Part shown: piece by piece, positions 18,933 to 28,448 of the stretch
Layout of the letters: each line of letters begins with the position of its first letter
Position numbering within the stretch: position 1 is the first letter of the stretch
Source: Candidatus Micrarchaeota archaeon
Lineage (GTDB): Archaea > Micrarchaeota > Micrarchaeia > Anstonellales > Bilamarchaeaceae
Reading direction: 5' to 3'
Assembly: GCA_018304385.1 (NCBI GenBank)
Contig: JAGVWJ010000014.1
Span: 13,621-77,620 of the forward strand
DNA: 64,000 bases
Notes under the pieces: generated by a model
Seen by the model: only the letters and a program-made list of their open reading frames with translations
What the model was told of the DNA's origin: nothing
Databases searched by the model: none
Translations under genes and position numbers: made by a program

Positions 18933-20459
18933 ATGAGAAGACAGGCAATTGGCAGTGGGCAATGTGCAGTGAGCCAAAGGCCAATAGCTAAGAGCCAAGT
19001 GCCACTAACTGACAAAATAGATAAATCAACTGAATTCAAACGTTGGTTAGCTTTATTCTTTATTGAAAGAGGGAGATATAAAATTACTGGTAAAGGTTAT
19101 ACTGAACTAGCGCCACAAGTTATTAGACAAAACCTAGAATTTGGAGAACCAGTCAGCGATAGAAAAAGAGAACCTAGGTTAGAAAGCACAAGACCATTAA
19201 CTCCAAAAGAGATTAAGGAAACAGTAGCAGCCAGAGTAGAAGGAATGATTAGAGAGGGAAAGACTGAAGAATTACTTGATGAAGGACATCTAGCTTATAA
19301 ATCAAATTGGAAAAATAAACAAACTAGAATAACAGTAATAAAAAAACTATTAGAATTTTTAGGCGCTAGTCCTGCTAGACTGGATAAATTAAGAGAAGAA
19401 TTAGGTGAACTTATTCTAAAATCTGCAAGAGAAGAACCAACAGACACAAAAAGAATGCAAGAAGTTTTAGAAGAGATAAAAAGTAATTTAGAAAGAATTA
19501 GAAAACTAAGTTTCAACAATTTTAGATTTTATGGAATTTCTGGTATGACTGGTAAATACCATAGGAACTCTCCTTATTTAGTTTTAGTAGAAATAGGTTA
19601 CGCTTATTCTGAGGAAGAAATTAGAGAACATGCTAGAACTGGAAAGTTTGGAACTGATAAAATATATCCTTGGGAAATGCAAAAAGTCGGAAGTGAAGTT
19701 TATAAAAATAATTCAATTAGGGTAGCTGCAATAAAATGGGTAGTTTGGAAATTGAAAAAGAAACCATCAGATATAAATACAATTGATTTTCAAAGTAATT
19801 TAGGTGGATTATTAAGGTACTATAATGATTCTGTTTATTCTGCACTAGTCGACGCAGAATATGCACATACCACTGAAGAAATATTAACCCAATCTAAAAT
19901 TGGTATATTTAATGATAACAAAGCATACCCATGGGAACTAGAGAGAATGCCTTTTGGTCTATGGCCGAATAAAGAAATTAGAATAGCTGCTACTAAATGG
20001 TTAGTTTGGAAAACTAAAAAAGATCCAAGGGAGATAACTCATAAGGATTTTAACAATAATAGATTAAACGGATTATTAAATCATTGCGAAGAATATGCTT
20101 ATAGGGCATTAGTAGAAGCGGGTTATGTTTATTCTGAAGATAAAATTAAAGAGCATGCAGGAACTGGAGAATTTAAAACTGAAAAAATTTATCCCTGGGA
20201 GATGGACCCTGCTCCACATGGATTTTACGAAGAAAAAGAAAATAGAATAGCTGTAATAAAGTGGCTATTCTGGAAAACTAGAAAACAAGCAAAGGATATA
20301 ATTCAACAGGATTTTATCAATAATGGGATTGCTACTATACTAAAATATTATAATGGCTCCCCCTATGAAGCACTTTTAGAAGCAGATCTAATAAGACCAG
20401 AAAATGAATCATACATGCGAAAGCGTGGATATCTAAATCTACAAAAAAGACACAGTTAA
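18933..20459 (+). CDS. 87-aa-repeat family protein, paralog 2 (3.5 repeat units)
   Basis: Same family as 12304..13254 and 23200..24474. The N-terminal roughly 200 codons are near-identical at DNA level to paralog 3. Codons 5-25 are encoded by a 9-unit heptamer array. Confidence 0.6.
   Translation: MRRQAIGSGQCAVSQRPIAKSQVPLTDKIDKSTEFKRWLALFFIERGRYKITGKGYTELAPQVIRQNLEFGEPVSDRKREPRLESTRPLTPKEIKETVAARVEGMIREGKTEELLDEGHLAYKSNWKNKQTRITVIKKLLEFLGASPARLDKLREELGELILKSAREEPTDTKRMQEVLEEIKSNLERIRKLSFNNFRFYGISGMTGKYHRNSPYLVLVEIGYAYSEEEIREHARTGKFGTDKIYPWEMQKVGSEVYKNNSIRVAAIKWVVWKLKKKPSDINTIDFQSNLGGLLRYYNDSVYSALVDAEYAHTTEEILTQSKIGIFNDNKAYPWELERMPFGLWPNKEIRIAATKWLVWKTKKDPREITHKDFNNNRLNGLLNHCEEYAYRALVEAGYVYSEDKIKEHAGTGEFKTEKIYPWEMDPAPHGFYEEKENRIAVIKWLFWKTRKQAKDIIQQDFINNGIATILKYYNGSPYEALLEADLIRPENESYMRKRGYLNLQKRHS
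18945..19007 (+). repeat. heptamer array, GC type, 9 units, inside the 5' coding region of paralog 2
   Basis: gcaattg gcagtgg gcaatgt gcagtga gccaaag gccaata gctaaga gccaagt gccacta. Every unit starts with GC at an exact 7-nt spacing. Confidence 0.85.
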
Positions 20460-20758
20460 ATTCTCCTCTTATTTCCGCATTTTCCACACTTTAAGTAAAA
20501 TGAATTATGCTTTGCATCAAAAATAGCTTTGGCATTGCCATTAACTATCAAAAATGATAAACATTTCCTACAGAATTTTTTCTTCTGATCCTTGGTTAAT
20601 CTAATTTTATATTTCTTTACCAATGCCCAGAGCATTTCTATGTAGCGCTTTGTACGATCAGGGTGCGAAGCTGTATTTTCTTCTGCTTGCGCTAGCAAAA
20701 TTGCAATTGCATCTTTAGTTGTATTTTTTATCAGGCGTTTCTTAGCTTGAATGTTCAT
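20456..20758 (-). CDS. rnp4: RNase P protein component 4 (Rpr2/RPP21)
   Basis: 100 aa, basic, with a zinc ribbon FCRKC...CGKCG. Confidence 0.8.
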   Translation of the reverse strand: MNIQAKKRLIKNTTKDAIAILLAQAEENTASHPDRTKRYIEMLWALVKKYKIRLTKDQKKKFCRKCLSFLIVNGNAKAIFDAKHNSFYLKCGKCGNKRRI

Positions 20759-20793
20759 TGCTTTCGAAATATTGGTCTAATATTATAAATCTT

Positions 20794-21669
20794 ATGATTG
20801 ATCATTATGATATGACTGGACCCGTAGGCAACACTGGGAATTTTATAGAGGATTATTTCATTCACCCATTAGTTTCACAAACTGGGTATAATCCAGTAAA
20901 TACTGCAGTATATGCGATAATTGCAATAATTGCCCTTTATTTTATTTGGGATATCTTTAAACGCAAAAAAATAGTTATTGACAAAAAATTTGTTTATGCT
21001 GTTTTACCTTTTATTTTATTAGGATCGACAATGCGTGTTGTAACTGATTCAATAGATAATAATAAATTCAAGGCAATAACACCTATCCATGAGGCAATAA
21101 TAAATTCTCACATTTATGACTATGGTTACCTTACTGTTACCCCGGGAGTATATTTAGTTACTGCAGCGATATTATTTATATCAATGGGAGTTCTGCACTT
21201 AATTAAAAAATCGCAATATCTTGGACATGTTGGATTAATTCTGTGGCTATTCCATTTTCTTTTATTAGTACCGTTTATGCAGTATATTATGGATGCAATC
21301 CCAATATTGATTCTAGCTCTAATTCCAACAATAATCGCTTGGAAATATTTAAAGAATGAGATTTACGCATTAATTGTTGCTGGACACGCACTTGACGGCG
21401 CTGCAACTTTTTATGTTATTGATGTTTTTGGACCAAAGATTGGCAAGCTGTATTTTGAACAACACGTTGTTGGTGGATTTATTGGTGCAGTATTTGGAAC
21501 ATTTTTTGCATTTTATTTAGTAAAGTTAGCAATAAGCTTTGGAGTTGCGCATCTGCTTAAGAAAGAAAAGGAAGACGAAAATTTCAAGAACTTTATCGCA
21601 TTAGCAATTATGATAATGGGTTTTGCACCAGGCATAAGAGATGTGCTTAGAATGGTTGTTGGTGCGTAA
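20794..21669 (+). CDS. DUF63-like archaeal membrane protein
   Basis: Multi-TM protein with GHALDGAATFYVID, which I recall as the DUF63 signature. The ATG at 20794 is preferred over the TTG at 20758. Confidence 0.55.
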   Translation: MIDHYDMTGPVGNTGNFIEDYFIHPLVSQTGYNPVNTAVYAIIAIIALYFIWDIFKRKKIVIDKKFVYAVLPFILLGSTMRVVTDSIDNNKFKAITPIHEAIINSHIYDYGYLTVTPGVYLVTAAILFISMGVLHLIKKSQYLGHVGLILWLFHFLLLVPFMQYIMDAIPILILALIPTIIAWKYLKNEIYALIVAGHALDGAATFYVIDVFGPKIGKLYFEQHVVGGFIGAVFGTFFAFYLVKLAISFGVAHLLKKEKEDENFKNFIALAIMIMGFAPGIRDVLRMVVGA

Positions 21670-21672
21670 TTA

Positions 21673-22410
21673 ATGCAAATAAATAACGAACGCTTTCTAG
21701 AAATAGACTTTCTACGCGGCATCGGAATAGTAATGGTTGTAATTTTTCATTTATTTTTTGATTTTGATTATTTTGGAATTTTGCAAAATGAGATGTACGA
21801 AGGATCTTGGTTAATCTTCCAAAGAAGTACCGCTAGCTTACTAATTTTGGTATTCGGTATTTCACTGGTATTGAGTTATGATAGGGTAAAAGATAAAATA
21901 GAGAACCCATTCCTAAAATTTGGGAAACGCGCATTATTTCTTGCTGGAATAGCATCGTTAATCACATTAATAACTTGGATTTATCCGCATAAAGGGTTTA
22001 TAGTATTTGGAATAATTCATTTCTTAGCAATATCAGTTATTCTTGGGTATTTTTTCCTTAGATACTATTATATTAATTTATTGCTGGGCATTGCAACAGT
22101 TATTATTGGCCTGCAATTTAGTGAGTTAACAGTAGATACTAATTTATTATTTTGGCTTGGTCTGTCTTTCAAAGGATTTTATACATTAGACTACTTTCCT
22201 ATTTTTCCATGGTTTGGGATTGTTTTAATTGGAATGTTCTTTGGTAAGCGCTTTTATATTGGTGCTAAGAAAAACTTGGATTCTGGTATTGGGCAATCTT
22301 GGATCACAGATATGCTATCTTACTTAGGAAGAAAATCACTTCTAATTTATTTAATCCATCAGCCAATAATAATTGGGCTTTTACAGGTTTATTTGATAGC
22401 GAGCGGTTAG
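21673..22410 (+). CDS. DUF1624 / heparan-alpha-glucosaminide N-acetyltransferase-like membrane protein
   Basis: N-terminal RFLEIDFLRGIGIVMVVIFH motif and about 8 TM segments. Confidence 0.6.
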   Translation: MQINNERFLEIDFLRGIGIVMVVIFHLFFDFDYFGILQNEMYEGSWLIFQRSTASLLILVFGISLVLSYDRVKDKIENPFLKFGKRALFLAGIASLITLITWIYPHKGFIVFGIIHFLAISVILGYFFLRYYYINLLLGIATVIIGLQFSELTVDTNLLFWLGLSFKGFYTLDYFPIFPWFGIVLIGMFFGKRFYIGAKKNLDSGIGQSWITDMLSYLGRKSLLIYLIHQPIIIGLLQVYLIASG

Positions 22411-22448
22411 CCAGAGAGGATTAAAAATATTGTGCTGGAATTGGTATA

Positions 22449-23147
22449 ATGCGACTTGAAATTTTAGAAATTTCAAGGCTATTGGCCCGCAGGCCAATCA
22501 GCCCTGATAAAAACAATTTAGTCCCTAATATTTTAGCGATAGGTGGTCTGCTTCTTATATTTCTAGTGCCTTATTTTTACGCACAAGATACCGCTAACAA
22601 GCTACCTGAGATTCTACTTCTATTATACTTCGTACCTACATTTTTCGTATATTCAAACATGGATGAACGTAAATTTATCCTTGCAGTAATATTTATCGCT
22701 GGGATGGCAGAATCAATGAACGTTGGTTTTGGAGATTATAAATATCTAGATGCAATAAAGGTTCCGAATTGGGTATTCATAGGATGGGCGGATACTGCCT
22801 GGGCATTGATAACATTAAATAAAATGCTAAAACCAAATACAAACCGAAATTTAACGTTAGGAGCAATAGTTACTATTTTTGCTATTTACGCGATATTTGC
22901 TTCGCATTCTATTGAAGGATTTTTTATAAATTGCTTTATAATGTCAGCTATATTCTTTGCGATCAAGCCAAAATCATATAATATATTCCTAATCGCTGTT
23001 GTATTTGGAATGGTTATAGAATACTCTGGTGTCTTCCTTTTTGGAGCATGGAGTTATGCAATTAGCCCACCAGATCTAAGCAGGCTTGGTGCAATGTATT
23101 CTTTTATTTATTTCTTAGCTGCTATGATTTCGAGATATGAATTATAG
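22449..23147 (+). CDS. hypothetical polytopic membrane protein
   Basis: 232 aa with 6-7 hydrophobic segments. No motif recognised. Confidence 0.45.
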   Translation: MRLEILEISRLLARRPISPDKNNLVPNILAIGGLLLIFLVPYFYAQDTANKLPEILLLLYFVPTFFVYSNMDERKFILAVIFIAGMAESMNVGFGDYKYLDAIKVPNWVFIGWADTAWALITLNKMLKPNTNRNLTLGAIVTIFAIYAIFASHSIEGFFINCFIMSAIFFAIKPKSYNIFLIAVVFGMVIEYSGVFLFGAWSYAISPPDLSRLGAMYSFIYFLAAMISRYEL

Positions 23148-23163
23148 AAGCATTGAGTATATA

Positions 23164-23191
23164 CTACCTTTTATTCCTTTGTTACCACAAT
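23164..23191 (+). promoter_or_regulatory. conserved promoter motif of the repeat-protein family (paralog 3)
   Basis: ctaccttttattcctttgttaccacaat, ending 8 nt before the ATG. Confidence 0.6.
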
Positions 23192-23199
23192 TTATAGGT

Positions 23200-24474
23200 A
23201 TGACAAGACGTACTGCAATGAGCCATGAGCCTTGGGCAGTGGGCAAAACACGAAACGCTGGACGTGAGACTACAATAAGCCAACAGCCACTAACTGATCA
23301 AATAGAAAAATCAGCAGAATTTAAGCGACGGTTAGCTTTATTCTTTATTGAAATAGGGAGATACAAGATTACTGATAAAGGATATGAAGAACTAGCACCT
23401 GTAGTATTTAGGCAAAATCTAGAATTTGGAGAACCTGTTAGTGATAGAGTTAGAGAACCAAGGTTAGAAAGTAAAAGACCATTAACTCCAAAAGAGATTA
23501 AGGAAACAGTAGCAGCGAAAGTAGAAGGAATGATTAGAGAGGGAAAGACTGAAGAATTACTTGATGAGGGGCATATAATATATAAAGCAGATTGGAAAGA
23601 AAAAAGAACTAGAATTAAAGTAATAAAAAAACTATTAGAATTTTTAGGAGCTAGTCCTGTTAGATTGGATGGATTAAGAGAAGAATTAAGCGAACTTATT
23701 CTAAAATCTGCCAGAGAAGAAAAGACAGATACAAAAAGAATGCAAGAGGTTTTAGAAGAGATTCAAAGAAATTTGGAGAGAGTTAGAAAAATAACCAAAG
23801 ATGATTTTATTAACAATGGATTAGGTGGGTTGTTAATAAGTCATTACAAAAACTCTCCGCATTCTGCGTTAGTAGAAGCTGGATATGCTTACTCTGAAAA
23901 TGAAATAAAGGAGCATGCTAGAACTGGAGAATTTGGAACTGATAAGATATATCCTTGGGAACATAACCAAACCGTACATAAGTTTTATAAAAAATCTGAA
24001 ATTAGGGTGGCAGCTATTGAATGGCTTATTTGGAGACTAAAGAAAGATCCAAAGGAAATAAATACTGACGATTTCAGGAACAATGGGTTAAGTGGATTGC
24101 TAAATCACTATAATGGTTCTCCCTATGCTGCACTACTAGAAGCTGGTTATGCTTATTCTGAAGATGAAATCTTAGAACATGCTAAAAAAATGGAGTTCAG
24201 AACTGATAGGATTTATCCTTGGGAACTAACAAAAATGCCTGTTGAACTATGGCCTAATAAAGAAATCAGAATAGCAGCAACCAAATGGTTGCTTTGGAAG
24301 TTAAAAAAAGAAGAACCAAGAGAAATAACCAGAAGGGATTTTATTAAAAACGGGCTCCAAGGCTTATTAGATAGATACGATGGCTCTCCCTATGAAGCAC
24401 TTCTAGAAGCCAGCCTAGTAGCGCCCACAGATGAATCTTACATGCGAGAACGAGGATACAGAAACTTAATATAG
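23200..24474 (+). CDS. 87-aa-repeat family protein, paralog 3 (2.5 repeat units)
   Basis: Start moved to MTRRTAMSHEP (ATG 23200), 9 nt after the conserved promoter motif, which removes the overlap with 22449..23147. Codons 6-17 are encoded by a 5-unit heptamer array. Confidence 0.6.
   Translation: MTRRTAMSHEPWAVGKTRNAGRETTISQQPLTDQIEKSAEFKRRLALFFIEIGRYKITDKGYEELAPVVFRQNLEFGEPVSDRVREPRLESKRPLTPKEIKETVAAKVEGMIREGKTEELLDEGHIIYKADWKEKRTRIKVIKKLLEFLGASPVRLDGLREELSELILKSAREEKTDTKRMQEVLEEIQRNLERVRKITKDDFINNGLGGLLISHYKNSPHSALVEAGYAYSENEIKEHARTGEFGTDKIYPWEHNQTVHKFYKKSEIRVAAIEWLIWRLKKDPKEINTDDFRNNGLSGLLNHYNGSPYAALLEAGYAYSEDEILEHAKKMEFRTDRIYPWELTKMPVELWPNKEIRIAATKWLLWKLKKEEPREITRRDFIKNGLQGLLDRYDGSPYEALLEASLVAPTDESYMRERGYRNLI
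23215..23249 (+). repeat. heptamer array, GC type, 5 units, inside the 5' coding region of paralog 3
   Basis: gcaatga gccatga gccttgg gcagtgg gcaaaac. Confidence 0.8.
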
Positions 24475-24482
24475 CCAGAATA

Positions 24483-24857
24483 CTACTTAGAAATCGATTT
24501 TTTCAAAACCTCTAAGCTAAGCAATGCACACTTAAGTCGCGAAGGATTTTTACTAAGATCAACCTTTATCATTTGTAAAATATCCTCTTTTTGCATTTTT
24601 GCAAGCTCATCTAATGTTTTTCCTTTTATTTCTTCTGTGAGCAGGCTTGCAGATGCTTGACTAATCGCACACCCACTACCAATGAACTTTACTTCTGATA
24701 CTTTTTTCTCACCATTGAGTTTAACAAAAATTTCTACCTTGTCACCGCATAGTGGATTAAAGCTTTCAGCATGCAGATCTGCATTTTCCATTTTCCCAAA
24801 ATTAATTGGGTTCTTGTATAATTCTAAAATGAATTCTTGATATATCTCAGAAGACAT
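24483..24857 (-). CDS. sufU: SUF-type Fe-S scaffold, SufU/IscU (NifU N-terminal) family
   Basis: NPLCGD, GSGCAISQASAS and RLKCALL motifs. 124 aa, abutting sufS. Confidence 0.85.
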   Translation of the reverse strand: MSSEIYQEFILELYKNPINFGKMENADLHAESFNPLCGDKVEIFVKLNGEKKVSEVKFIGSGCAISQASASLLTEEIKGKTLDELAKMQKEDILQMIKVDLSKNPSRLKCALLSLEVLKKSISK

Positions 24858-26078
24858 TTAATCAACTTTAAATATTTTTTTCGCTTCTTTAATCCCATCA
24901 CAAAGCTTATCCACATCTTTTTTATCATTATAAATATAGAAACTAGCTCTACTGCTAGCTGGCAATGCTAAACGCTCGTGCAATGGCATAGCACAATGAT
25001 GACCACTTCTAATAGCTACATTATATTCATCTAAGATGGAGGCAAGATCATGCGGATGAACACCATTAACAGTAAATGCAATAACACCTGCACGCTTTTC
25101 TGGATTTTTAGGACCAAAAATATTAACCCCGTTTATTTCTGTCATTTTTTGCAGTGCGTATTGAGTAATAATCTGTTCATGTTTTCTTATATTTTCCATT
25201 CCAAGTTTTCCAAGATAATCTATTGCAGCTCCTAAGCCAATCACACTGGAAGCTGGAGGCGTGCCTGACTCAAACTTAAACGGTAATTCGTTCCATTTTG
25301 ACTCTTCCACATGTACTTCAGAAATCATGTCCCCACCATACAAAAACGGATCCGTCTCTTCCAGCACTTGCTCTTTGCCGTATAATATACCTACACCAGT
25401 TGGACCAAGCATTTTATGACCTGAAAAAGCAAAAAAATCGCAATCAATTGCGCTAGCGTCTATTTGCATATGAGGGATACTTTGTGCGCCATCAACTAAT
25501 ACTTTTGCGCCCGCATCATGAGCAAGCTTACACAGTTTATTTACATTATTTAGAGTTCCAAGAACATTAGACACATGTGTGATCGCTAGTAATTTTGCAC
25601 CTTTTATTTTTTCAAAATCAGATTCTTTTAGTTCGCCTTCTTCATTTATGTCAATTATCTCAAGTTTTGCGCCTTTTTGTTTTGCTAATTGCTGCCATGG
25701 CACGAAATTACTATGATGCTCCATTATTGAAATAACTATTTTATCTCCTTTTTTGATATTTTTTTCTCCCCAACCGCGCATAACTAGATTTATGGATTCA
25801 GTAGTATTTTTCGTGAAAATAATCTCTTGCTCGCTTTTGGCAGATATAAAATCACGAACCTTGGTTCTTACATTCTCAAATTTCTCGCTAGCTTCTTCAC
25901 TTATTTTGTATATCCCGCGGTGTACATTTGCATTATAATTAGTATAAAATTCATTTACTGCATCTATTACTTGTTGCGGTCGCTGAGAGGTGGCTGCAGA
26001 ATCCAGATAAACAAGTGTGGGATTATTTTTAAAAATAGGAAAATCTTCTTTTATTTTATCGATGTTCATATTGCTCAT
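24858..26078 (-). CDS. sufS: cysteine desulfurase SufS
   Basis: PLP-lysine motif FSGHKMLGPTG and active-site RSGHHCAMP. 406 aa. Confidence 0.95.
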   Translation of the reverse strand: MSNMNIDKIKEDFPIFKNNPTLVYLDSAATSQRPQQVIDAVNEFYTNYNANVHRGIYKISEEASEKFENVRTKVRDFISAKSEQEIIFTKNTTESINLVMRGWGEKNIKKGDKIVISIMEHHSNFVPWQQLAKQKGAKLEIIDINEEGELKESDFEKIKGAKLLAITHVSNVLGTLNNVNKLCKLAHDAGAKVLVDGAQSIPHMQIDASAIDCDFFAFSGHKMLGPTGVGILYGKEQVLEETDPFLYGGDMISEVHVEESKWNELPFKFESGTPPASSVIGLGAAIDYLGKLGMENIRKHEQIITQYALQKMTEINGVNIFGPKNPEKRAGVIAFTVNGVHPHDLASILDEYNVAIRSGHHCAMPLHERLALPASSRASFYIYNDKKDVDKLCDGIKEAKKIFKVD

Positions 26079-26102
26079 TGCTCAAAGCCCATTGCTCACG
26101 GC
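26068..26102 (-). repeat. heptamer array, GC type, 5 units, spanning the sufC stop and sufS start
   Basis: Minus strand: gccgtga gcaatgg gctttga gcaatga gcaatat. It encodes the last residues of SufC (TAVSNGL-stop) and the first codons of SufS (MSN). Confidence 0.8.
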
Positions 26103-26834
26103 AGTTAAACCTTTGTATCCTTTCTCTTCTAGTTCGTGTGCTAATTTCGCATCTCCAGATTTTACTATCTTTCCATCGACCATAATATGTACAAAATCTG
26201 GTATGATATATTCTAATATTCTTTTATAATGTGTTATTAATAAAAAGCAACGGTCTATAGAACGCATTTCATTGATTGTTTTTGCAACATGCTTTAATGC
26301 ATCTATATCTAAGCCAGAATCAATTTCATCAAGTATAATCACTTTTGGTTTTAAAACTGCCATTTGTAGTATTTCATTACGTTTTTTCTCCCCGCCAGAA
26401 AAACCAACATTTAAATCACGCTTTGCAAAATCTTTTGATATCCCAATGTTATGCGTTGCTTCATCAATTTCTTTTTGTATCTTCAGCATCTCATCTAAAA
26501 CTTTTCTTTTGTCCTTTTCTTCTCCAAGCTTTGCTTTTCTTAACAAATTAGCAACTGTCACGCCTTCTATCTCTTGAGGATTTTGAAATGCTAGGAACAT
26601 GCCTTTTCTTGCACGCTCATCTGTTCGCAAATGAGAAACATTTTCACCATTAAGCAATATTTCACCGCTAATATCAAATGTAGGATTACCAAGTAATGAA
26701 GACGCTAACGTACTTTTGCCTGCGCCATTCGGCCCCATGATTGCATGGAGCTCTCCATTTTTTATTTTTAGATTTAAGTCCTTGATAATCTGCTTATCCC
26801 CAATGCTAACAGTAAAGTTTTTGATTTCAAACAT
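26082..26834 (-). CDS. sufC: Fe-S cluster assembly ATPase SufC
   Basis: Walker A GPNGAGKST, ABC signature FSGGEKKR and Walker B ILDEIDSGLD. Confidence 0.95.
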   Translation of the reverse strand: MFEIKNFTVSIGDKQIIKDLNLKIKNGELHAIMGPNGAGKSTLASSLLGNPTFDISGEILLNGENVSHLRTDERARKGMFLAFQNPQEIEGVTVANLLRKAKLGEEKDKRKVLDEMLKIQKEIDEATHNIGISKDFAKRDLNVGFSGGEKKRNEILQMAVLKPKVIILDEIDSGLDIDALKHVAKTINEMRSIDRCFLLITHYKRILEYIIPDFVHIMVDGKIVKSGDAKLAHELEEKGYKGLTAVSNGL

Positions 26835-26950
26835 CGTCTTATGCCCTCCTTATGCTCAAGCACTAGAGTATCTCTTAGGTTAGCCGCAGGACCCACCGCA
26901 AAGCGGTTCCCCCGCGGCGGCCTTCTTATGTATTCATTATGTAAATAAAA
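26835..26950 (-). repeat. promoter-leader repeat, copy 4 (divergent variant upstream of sufC)
   Basis: It shares the 5' ttttatttacataatgaatacataagaaggccg and the 3' aaggagggcata..ATG. The central hairpin is replaced by a GC-rich structure (accgc-ttt-gcggt nested in gccgc...gcggc). Confidence 0.5.
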
Positions 26951-26985
26951 CCTTGGCCCAAAGCTCATGGCTCATTGCTCATGGC
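26951..26985 (-). repeat. heptamer array, GC type, 5 units, centre of the sufC/sufB divergent region
   Basis: Minus strand: gccatga gcaatga gccatga gctttgg gccaagg, followed directly by the ttttatttacata of leader copy 4. Confidence 0.85.
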
Positions 26986-27047
26986 AGTATAATTTAGGTA
27001 TGCCTAAATTTTTAAACTTAAGCATAGATATTCATATAGTTGATTTT

Positions 27048-28439
27048 ATGGCACTGGAAGAACTGCAGGATTATAAGTATGGTTTTAGTGATGACCACAA
27101 ATATACTTACAAAACTGAGAAGGGATTAAACGAGGAAATAGTAAAACAAATTTCAAAAATAAAGGGTGAACCAGAGTGGATGCTAGAAAAGCGCTTACTA
27201 GCTTATAAAATATTTAGGAGCAAACCAATGCCAACGTGGGGTGCTGACTTAAGTCCAATTAACTTTGATGATATTACCTATTATGCTAGACCAACTGATA
27301 AGAACGTTGATGCATGGGAAATGGTTCCAGATGATATAAAGAAAACATTTGATAAGATTGGAATTCCAGAAGCAGAAAAAAAATTTTTAGGCGGTGCGAG
27401 CGCACAATATGATAGCGAAGTTGTGTACCATAACTTAAAGAAAGAATGGGAAGAACAAGGAGTTATATTCACGGATATGGACTCTGGATTAAGAGAATAC
27501 CCTGAAATAGTAAAAAAATATTTTGGAACAGTTATACCGATTACAGATAATAAATTCGCTGCGCTTAATACCTCCGTATGGAGTGGTGGCAGTTTTGTTT
27601 ATGTCCCAGAAGGCGTACATGTTGAAATTCCATTGCAGGCATATTTTAGAATAAATGCAGAGAAAGTCGGGCAGTTTGAAAGAACTTTGATTATTGCTGA
27701 GAAAGGAAGTAAAGTACATTACGTGGAGGGGTGTACCGCGCCAATCTATTCCGCTTCTTCTTTGCATAGTGCAGTAGTTGAATTACTCGCAATGGAAAAT
27801 TCGCATATACGATATACTACCATTCAAAACTGGAGCAATAATGTTTTCAATCTAGTTACGAAACGCGCAGTTGCTTATAAGAATGCATTTGTTGAATGGC
27901 TCGATGGGAATATAGGTTCTCAAATCACAATGAAATTTCCATGTGTTATGCTTAAGGGTGAAGGAGCACGCGGTGATGTAGTCAGCGTTGCATATGCTGG
28001 CAAAGGACAATGCCAAGACGCTGGCGGGAAAATGATTCATCTTGCACCAAATACTACTTCTAGAATTATTTCGAAAAGTATTTCGCAGGGTGGTGGACGC
28101 ACTAGCTATCGCGGTCTTGTTAAAATTGTTAAAGGTGCAAAGAACTGCAAAAACTTTGTACAATGCGATGCATACATGCTTGATGAAAAATCAAGAAGCG
28201 ATACCTATCCAACCGTGCAGGTAGATGAGGATACTGCAACTATTGGCCATGAAGCAAAAGTAGGCAAAATTGGCAATGATAAACTATTCTACTTAATGTC
28301 TCGCGGAATTCCAGAACAAGAGGCACTCGCAATGATTGTACAGGGATTCTTAGAACCATTCACAAAGGAATTGCCAATGGAATATGCTGTTGAATTGAAT
28401 AGATTAATTCAAATACAATTAGAAAATGCTGTTGGATAG
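27048..28439 (+). CDS. sufB: Fe-S cluster assembly protein SufB
   Basis: Start trimmed to [13 protein letters not shown], because the upstream ORF part is a heptamer array plus a TATA-like box. SufB motifs run throughout ([17 protein letters not shown]). Confidence 0.93.
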   Translation: MALEELQDYKYGFSDDHKYTYKTEKGLNEEIVKQISKIKGEPEWMLEKRLLAYKIFRSKPMPTWGADLSPINFDDITYYARPTDKNVDAWEMVPDDIKKTFDKIGIPEAEKKFLGGASAQYDSEVVYHNLKKEWEEQGVIFTDMDSGLREYPEIVKKYFGTVIPITDNKFAALNTSVWSGGSFVYVPEGVHVEIPLQAYFRINAEKVGQFERTLIIAEKGSKVHYVEGCTAPIYSASSLHSAVVELLAMENSHIRYTTIQNWSNNVFNLVTKRAVAYKNAFVEWLDGNIGSQITMKFPCVMLKGEGARGDVVSVAYAGKGQCQDAGGKMIHLAPNTTSRIISKSISQGGGRTSYRGLVKIVKGAKNCKNFVQCDAYMLDEKSRSDTYPTVQVDEDTATIGHEAKVGKIGNDKLFYLMSRGIPEQEALAMIVQGFLEPFTKELPMEYAVELNRLIQIQLENAVG

Positions 28440-28448
28440 GCAAGTTTT

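Noticed and set aside
18945-19007. Heptamer arrays as possible CRISPR arrays.
   Set aside because: The units are 7 nt with no spacers, far below CRISPR repeat and spacer sizes, and there are no cas genes in the window.
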